The notes under the pieces are model-generated. The model was not told where the DNA came from. It made no database searches and saw only the letters and a list, made by a program, of their open reading frames with translations. A DNA stretch of 12,295 nucleotides, taken from assembly GCA_963803975.1 (NCBI GenBank), contig CAWDOY010000027.1, positions 1 through 12,295 on the forward strand, read 5' to 3'. The DNA is from an uncultured delta proteobacterium. Its GTDB lineage: Bacteria > Desulfobacterota > WTBG01 > CAIYCZ01. Position numbers and translations under genes: made by a program. This document shows, in pieces, positions 7,744-12,295 of the stretch; the first letter of the stretch is position 1, and each line of letters begins with the position of its first letter.

Positions 7744-8549
7744 ATGCCCAGGAAGAAAGACCTCCACATCATTGTGACCATAAAGCAGGTCCCGGACACC
7801 CACGAGGTGCGGATCGACCCGAAGACCAACTCCCTCATCAGGGAAGGGGTCCCGAGCATCGTCAATCCGGAAGACCGGAATGCGGTTGAGGCGGCTCTGC
7901 ACCTCAGGGAAAAGCACGGGGGCAGCATTACGGTGCTGACCATGGGGCCGCCCCAGGCAGAAGACGCCCTTGCCGAGGCCATTGCCATGGGAGCTGACCG
8001 GGCAGTGCTTCTTACCGACCGCGCGTTTGCCGGCGCTGACACCCTGGTCACGGCCTTTACCCTGTCGCGGGCAATCCGCAAACTTGACGCGTTCCAGCTC
8101 ATCATCTGCGGCCGCCAGGCAATCGATGGCGATACCGCGCAGGTCGGGCCGCAGCTGGCAGGGTTTTTAAATATCCCCCAGGTGACCTACGCAACAAAAC
8201 TCGCGCTGAAAGACAGCATCCTGACCGCTGAGCGCTCTCTTGAGGACACCATGGAAACCGTACAGGTAAAGCTGCCGGCGCTTGTTACCGTGACGGGAGA
8301 GGTCAACCAGCCCCGGCATCTGTCCTTATATAATATTATAGATGCCTGCTGCGGCACTAAAATCACCCGCATGCAGGCAAAAGACCTTGACGTGCCCCAT
8401 GACATGCTTGGTCTCTCCGCTTCGCCCACCTGGGTGAAAAAATCTTCTCTCCGGAGCAGCAGAAAAAGGGGATGATAATTCCCGGCACTGAGAAAGAGAT
8501 GGTAAAAACCCTGCTCGCAAAGCTGAAGGAGCTGAACTTTATCCAATAA
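7744..8549 (+). CDS. etfB: Electron transfer flavoprotein beta subunit; one A missing in the run at 8437-8442
   Basis: IKQVPDT, NPEDRNAVEAAL, TMGPPQA, DRAFAGADT, GRQAIDGDTAQVGP. Adding one A gives SPTWVKKIFSPEQQKKGMIIPGTEKEMVKTLLAKLKELNFIQ* (TAA 8547-8549). Confidence 0.93.
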
Positions 8550-8554
8550 TTATG

Positions 8555-8671
8555 CTCCCCTCCTTACCAAGGAGGGGCTGGGGGAGGTATCTTCTCCCCT
8601 CCTTGCCAAGGAGGGGTCGGGGAAGGTATCGTCTCCCCTCCTTACCAAGGAGGGGTTGGGGGAGGTCTTTC
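8555..8671 (+). repeat. Three tandem 39-bp palindromic (REP-like) repeats
   Basis: Units start at 8555, 8594 and 8633. Consensus CTCCCCTCCTT-RCC-AAGGAGGGG-YYGGGGRAGGT plus a 5-nt linker. 9-bp stem CCCCTCCTT/AAGGAGGGG. Confidence 0.95.
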
Positions 8672-9034
8672 ATGACAAGGCTCTTTAACAGAACCGCGGA
8701 AAAAGAAAAAAGAAGAGCATTGCGAAATGACATGCCGGAGCCGGAAAAACGAATCTGGGCACGACTTAGGTCCAGACAGGTCAATGGTTATAAATTTCGG
8801 AGACAATACAGCATTGGAAAATTTATAGTAGATTTTTACTGTCCCGAAAAAAAGCTTGCGATAGAAATTGACGGGGATTCTCATTTTACGCAAGAGCTAA
8901 GACCGTATGATGCTGCGCGGCAAAAATATATCGAATCTCAGGGAATTCATTTTTTACGTTTCACTAACAAAGATATTACTGAAAATGTTGACGGGGTGCT
9001 TGTGCATATAGCAGCATCCCTCAAGCATGAATGA
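8672..9034 (+). CDS. DUF559 (Vsr-like PD-(D/E)XK) endonuclease-domain protein, 120 aa
   Basis: RRALRNDMPEPEKRIWARLR, FRRQYSIGKFIVDFYC, LAIEIDGDSH, YDAARQKYIESQGIHFLRFTN. GGAGGT (from repeat 3) lies 5 nt before ATG 8672. Visibly more AT-rich than the etf genes. Confidence 0.9.
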   Translation: MTRLFNRTAEKEKRRALRNDMPEPEKRIWARLRSRQVNGYKFRRQYSIGKFIVDFYCPEKKLAIEIDGDSHFTQELRPYDAARQKYIESQGIHFLRFTNKDITENVDGVLVHIAASLKHE

Positions 9035-9037
9035 TTC

Positions 9038-9071
9038 ACCCCCTCCTGCTCCCCCTTGAAAATGGGGAGAG
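9038..9071 (-). repeat. Inverted, diverged copy of the palindromic repeat directly after the DUF559 stop
   Basis: ACCCCCTCCTGCTCCCCCTTGAAAATGGGGAGAG matches the reverse complement of unit 3 at 23/34 positions. It keeps its own stem CTCCCC..TT-GAA-AA..GGGGAG through two compensatory pair changes. Confidence 0.7.
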
Positions 9072-9084
9072 ACCTAAATGATCT

Positions 9085-9157
9085 TTCCCCTCCTTACCAA
9101 GGAGGGGTTGGGGAAGGTCTTTCTCCCCTCCTTACAAAGGAGGGGTTGGGGGAGGTC
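9085..9157 (+). repeat. Two further direct copies of the palindromic repeat
   Basis: Units at 9085 and 9123 (38-bp spacing): TTCCCCTCCTTACCAAGGAGGGGTTGGGGAAGGT and CTCCCCTCCTTACAAAGGAGGGGTTGGGGGAGGT. Confidence 0.95.
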
Positions 9158-9195
9158 GTTAATTTTAACTCTGTGCTGGTTTCATTGTGTAAGCC

Positions 9196-10379
9196 ATGAT
9201 TAAACTGATCCCCGAAAAATGCGTAGCGTGCAAGCAGTGCGTTAAGATCTGCCCGTTCGGCGCAATACTGCTTGAAGGCAAAACCCCGGTACTGACCGAT
9301 GCCTGCACCGGATGCGGGGCATGCGTGGACGCGTGCCGCTTTGAAGCTATTATCCTCTCTGCTAAAAAAAGCCCGGGCATGAAACATCTCGACTCCTACC
9401 GGGGCATCTGGGTTATAGCCGAGCAGCGCGACAGCACCGTCCATCCAGTCACACTTGAGCTGCTGGGAAAAGCGCGCGAGCTTGCGCAGCTGCGCTCAAC
9501 CGGGGTTGCGGCAGTTCTTCTGGGCAGTGGCATTTCCGCACTGCCACCGCTTCTCATCCGCCATGGCGCTGACCTGGTCTATACCGGCGATGCGCCGCTT
9601 TTGAAGCATTACCGCACCCTGCCCTACGCGCGCATCATCGCTGAGCTCATTGTAGAGCGCAAGCCGGAGACCGTGCTCTTTGGCGCCACCACCATGGGAA
9701 GGGACCTTGCGCCCCGGATCGCCAACCGGCTCGGCACCGGCCTCACCGCGGACTGTACCGGCCTCGAGATAAGCACTGAAGACGGCGCACTCCTGCAGAC
9801 CCGGCCCGCGTTTGGCGGCAACATCATGGCAACCATCGCCTGCCCCGGCCACCGCCCGCAGATGGCAACCGTGCGGCCCGGCGTGATGCAGGCGCTGTGC
9901 ATACCTGAGCGGACCGGGCAGACAGTTCCCGTTGAAGTGAAAGAAAAACCAGGAGACAGTCTTCTTGAAATTATCAAGCGCGTGAAAAGAGCGCTTGCAG
10001 CACGGTAGAGCTGGAAAAAGCCCAAATCATTGTCTCAGGCGGCAGGGGACTGGGTGCAGCGGGGAACTTTAAGTTAATAAAAAAACTGGCTGCTGTTTTA
10101 GAGGCCGAGGTCGGCGCTTCGCGGGCAGTGGTGGATATGGGGTGGATCAACCGCGATCATCAGGTCGGCCAGACCGGAAAAACCGTGCGCCCGATCCTCT
10201 ACATTGCCTGCGGCATCTCCGGCGCGGTGCAGCACCTTGCCGGCATGCAGAGCTCTGATATCATTGTTGCCATTAATAAAGACCCCAAGGCCCCCATCGT
10301 CAGCGTTGCGAACTTTGCCCTCATCGGCGACCTGAACCGCATCATACCTGAGATGATTAATCAACTGCAAAGCAAGTAG
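9196..10379 (+). CDS. etfA: Electron transfer flavoprotein alpha subunit with N-terminal 2x[4Fe-4S] ferredoxin domain; one base missing near 9985-9988
   Basis: [12 protein letters not shown] and [36 protein letters not shown]. After the shift: [16 protein letters not shown]...[12 protein letters not shown]...[11 protein letters not shown]...[12 protein letters not shown]...AINKD. Joins track ORFs 9196..10008 and 10128..10379. Confidence 0.93.
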
Positions 10380-10392
10380 ATTGCTACGTCCC
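10318..10392 (+). repeat. Left copy of a 75-bp direct repeat (etfA 3' end plus 13 nt downstream); attL-like
   Basis: 70/75 identical to 12139..12213. Confidence 0.95.
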
Positions 10393-10393
10393 T

Positions 10394-10586
10394 GTGTACT
10401 TGCTGGTGAGAGAATTTCAGGGGATACGGTTAACTGAGCTGGCAGAAATGATTAGACGCGACCTTTCCAGCTTGAGCATTGCGGCAAGCCGGATTGAAAA
10501 AAGAGCCCAAACGGATAAAGCGCTGGCACAAAAGCTGGTTCATTTCAGAAACAAATTCTTAAATCAATATTGTTAAGCCTGACCCC
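10394..10586 (+). pseudogene. 3' remnant of a Y1/REP-associated tyrosine transposase (C-terminal DnaA_C-like HTH) with terminal GCCTGACCCC motif
   Basis: LLVREFQGIRLTELAEMIRRDLSSLSIAASRIEKRAQTDKALAQKL resembles the HTH tail of long RAYT-type transposases (recognised from memory). It ends TGT TAA GCC TGA CCCC. No HUH/Y1 catalytic part and no RBS; it begins at the direct-repeat edge. Confidence 0.6.
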
Positions 10587-10628
10587 AATTTCAATAGTGT
10601 TGCCCGAGAATACGGAGGGTTCAATAGC

Positions 10629-12119
10629 ATGAGCGAGAAGCAGCGCATCTTTATAAGCTCCGTACAGAAAGAATTTGCGACTGAACGCCGTGCTGTTCGT
10701 GATTTTGTTGATGGCGATGCGTTGTTACGGCGCTTCTTTGATGTCTTTCTGTTTGAAGATTTGCCTGCATCTGACCGTCGCGCTGATGATGTTTACCTGG
10801 CCGAAGTGGACCGTTGCGACGTGTATATCGGGCTTTTCGGTAACGACTACGGTTCTGAGAATGCCGATGGTTTGTCTCCGACTGAGCGTGAATTTGAGAG
10901 AGCTACCATAGCGGGCAAGCAGCGTCTGATTTTTGTCAAAGGCATAGTCGATACAAAACGGCACCTTAAAATGCAGGCGCTTATCCGACAGGCCGGAGCC
11001 CAGCTCATCCGCCGCCGCTTCGCTACAACCGCCGAACTGATCGGATCGGTGTACGCAAGTCTTGTTGACTCTCTGGAGGTTCAGGAACTGATCCGCACCG
11101 GGCCGTTTGATGCCACGTTCTGCCGCAATGCTGTTTTATCTGACCTCTCGGAAGAACGGATCAGCCTGTTCCTGCGCCATGCCCGCAAAGCCAGGGGATT
11201 TCCCTTGCCGGAAGAGGCTGAACCCTTAGAGGTTTTGACCCATCTGAATCTGCTTGATGACGGACGCCCTTCCCATGCCGCGGTTCTGCTGTTCGGAAAA
11301 CAACCCCAGCGTTTTCTGATTTCTTCGGAAGTCAAATGCGCGCACTTTCATGGAACGGACGCAGCGAAACCGATTCCGTCCTATCAGGTGTACAAGGGAA
11401 CAGTCTTTGACCTCGTTGATCAGTCTGTGGATTTCGTCATGTCCAAGATCAATCTGTGGGTAGGCACCCGCAAGGACAGTCCCAGGCACCGGTGGAATAT
11501 GAAATTCCCCGTGAGGTGGTAGCCGAGGCTATTGTAAACGCGGTGGCGCACCGCGACTACACCAGCAACGGCAGTGTACAGGTGATGCTTTTCGCCGACC
11601 GTCTGGAGGTCTGGAACCCCGGCACGTTGCCGCCTTCGCTCACACTGCAGAAACTGCGTGAACCGCATGGTTCGATCCCCGCCAATCCGCTCCTGGCTGA
11701 GTCGCTGTATCTTACCAAATATATCGAGCGCATGGGCACCGGCACGCGTGATATGATTAAACGCTGCAGGGCTGCCGGACTGCTGGAGCCGGAGTTCTCG
11801 CTGCCTGACGGGTTTGTCGCTACTATTCGTCGCAGGGTCCGGGCAAGTCACAGGGCAAGTCACAGGGCAAGTCACAGGACAAGTCACAGGACAAGTCACA
11901 GAAGAAATTCAACGCATTGTCCTTGTTGTACGCGGGGAAATGTCGCGTAAACAAATACAGGATATACTGCAATTAAAAGGGCGCGCAAACTTTGAAGAAC
12001 GGTATTTGAAACCAGCGATAGAAACAGGTTTTATCGAACCGACCATCCCTGATAAACCTCAAAGCCGTCTCCAGAAATACCGACTCACGGAGAAAGGCCG
12101 CGCAGTGCTTAAGAAATAA
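10629..12119 (+). CDS. DUF4062 + HATPase_c_4 (RecG C-terminal-like) + C-terminal winged-HTH protein; two apparent frameshifts (~11481-11483 and ~11835-11840)
   Basis: RIFISSVQKEFATER...YLAEVDRCDVYIGLFGNDYG...SPTEREF (DUF4062). EAIVNAVAHRDY, DRLEVWNPG, NPLLA, IERMGTG (HATPase_c_4). GQVT linker. YLKPAIETGFIEPTIPDKPQSRLQKYRLTEKG (Fic-associated wHTH). GGAGG RBS at 10614-10618. Joins three track ORFs. Confidence 0.85.
11841..11900 (+). repeat. Coding 12-bp tandem repeat x5, (GQVT)5 linker
   Basis: GGGCAAGTCACA x3 then GGACAAGTCACA x2. Confidence 0.95.
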
Positions 12120-12138
12120 GAAAGCATGATTGCCGAAA

Positions 12139-12213
12139 CCCTCATCGGCGACCTGAACCGCATAATACCTGAACTGATTAATCAACTGCAAAGCAAGTAG
12201 ATTGCTGTGTCCC
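12139..12213 (+). repeat. Right copy of the 75-bp direct repeat; attR-like orphan etfA 3' end
   Basis: Encodes [19 protein letters not shown] versus [19 protein letters not shown] in etfA. Confidence 0.95.
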
Positions 12214-12295
12214 GATATTCCGGCAGCGGCCATTACTCAAGCTTTGTTGTGGCTCACTATGCCATGTAATGCGGGCGCTACAAAGATACGGTTTA

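Larger units (their letters stand above)
10318..12213. mobile_element. Small genomic islet at the etfA 3' end (1821 bp between repeat starts), no integrase
   Basis: Bounded by the 75-bp direct repeat. Cargo is a transposase remnant and a DUF4062 gene unrelated to the operon. Confidence 0.7.

Noticed and set aside
8431..8445. Programmed ribosomal frameshift in etfB (likewise in etfA near 9985)
   Set aside because: No canonical A-AAA-AAG slippery heptamer or clear stimulator. Similar indels occur across unrelated genes, which favours sequencing error.
8555..9157. CRISPR array (palindromic repeats next to a nuclease)
   Set aside because: Units are separated by only 4-5 nt, so there are no unique spacers. 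One copy is inverted and no cas genes are present.
11420..11950. MTCPVTCPVTCP Cys-repeat ORF (-) and RASHRASH frame (+)
   Set aside because: Alternative readings of the 12-bp GQVT linker repeat.
12237..12295. Possible 3' end of an incoming minus-strand gene (...NRIFVAPALHGIVSHNKA*)
   Set aside because: Too short to support, and another minus frame is also open here.

Overview
Bacterial chromosomal window, probably from an anaerobe (inferred from gene content). Left part: a secreted two-repeat protein and three tandem signal-peptide-bearing flavodoxin-like genes on the + strand. These converge on a - strand unit of OmpR-family regulator, HAMP sensor kinase and small periplasmic OB-fold protein. 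Right part: a Bcd-type acyl-CoA dehydrogenase-etfB-etfA operon with electron-bifurcation signatures and a 2x[4Fe-4S] domain on EtfA. Every junction of this operon carries repeat or mobile-like DNA: (1) heptamer repeats before bcd; (2) an inverted heptamer array between bcd and etfB; (3) a DUF559 nuclease gene inside six palindromic repeats between etfB and etfA; (4) a 1.8-kb integrase-less islet bounded by a 75-bp duplication of the etfA 3' end, carrying a Y1 (RAYT-like) transposase remnant and a DUF4062-HATPase_c_4-wHTH gene. Seven single-base frameshifts, mostly in short homopolymers, split five genes and look like sequencing errors. All family assignments are motif recognition by eye; no searches were run.
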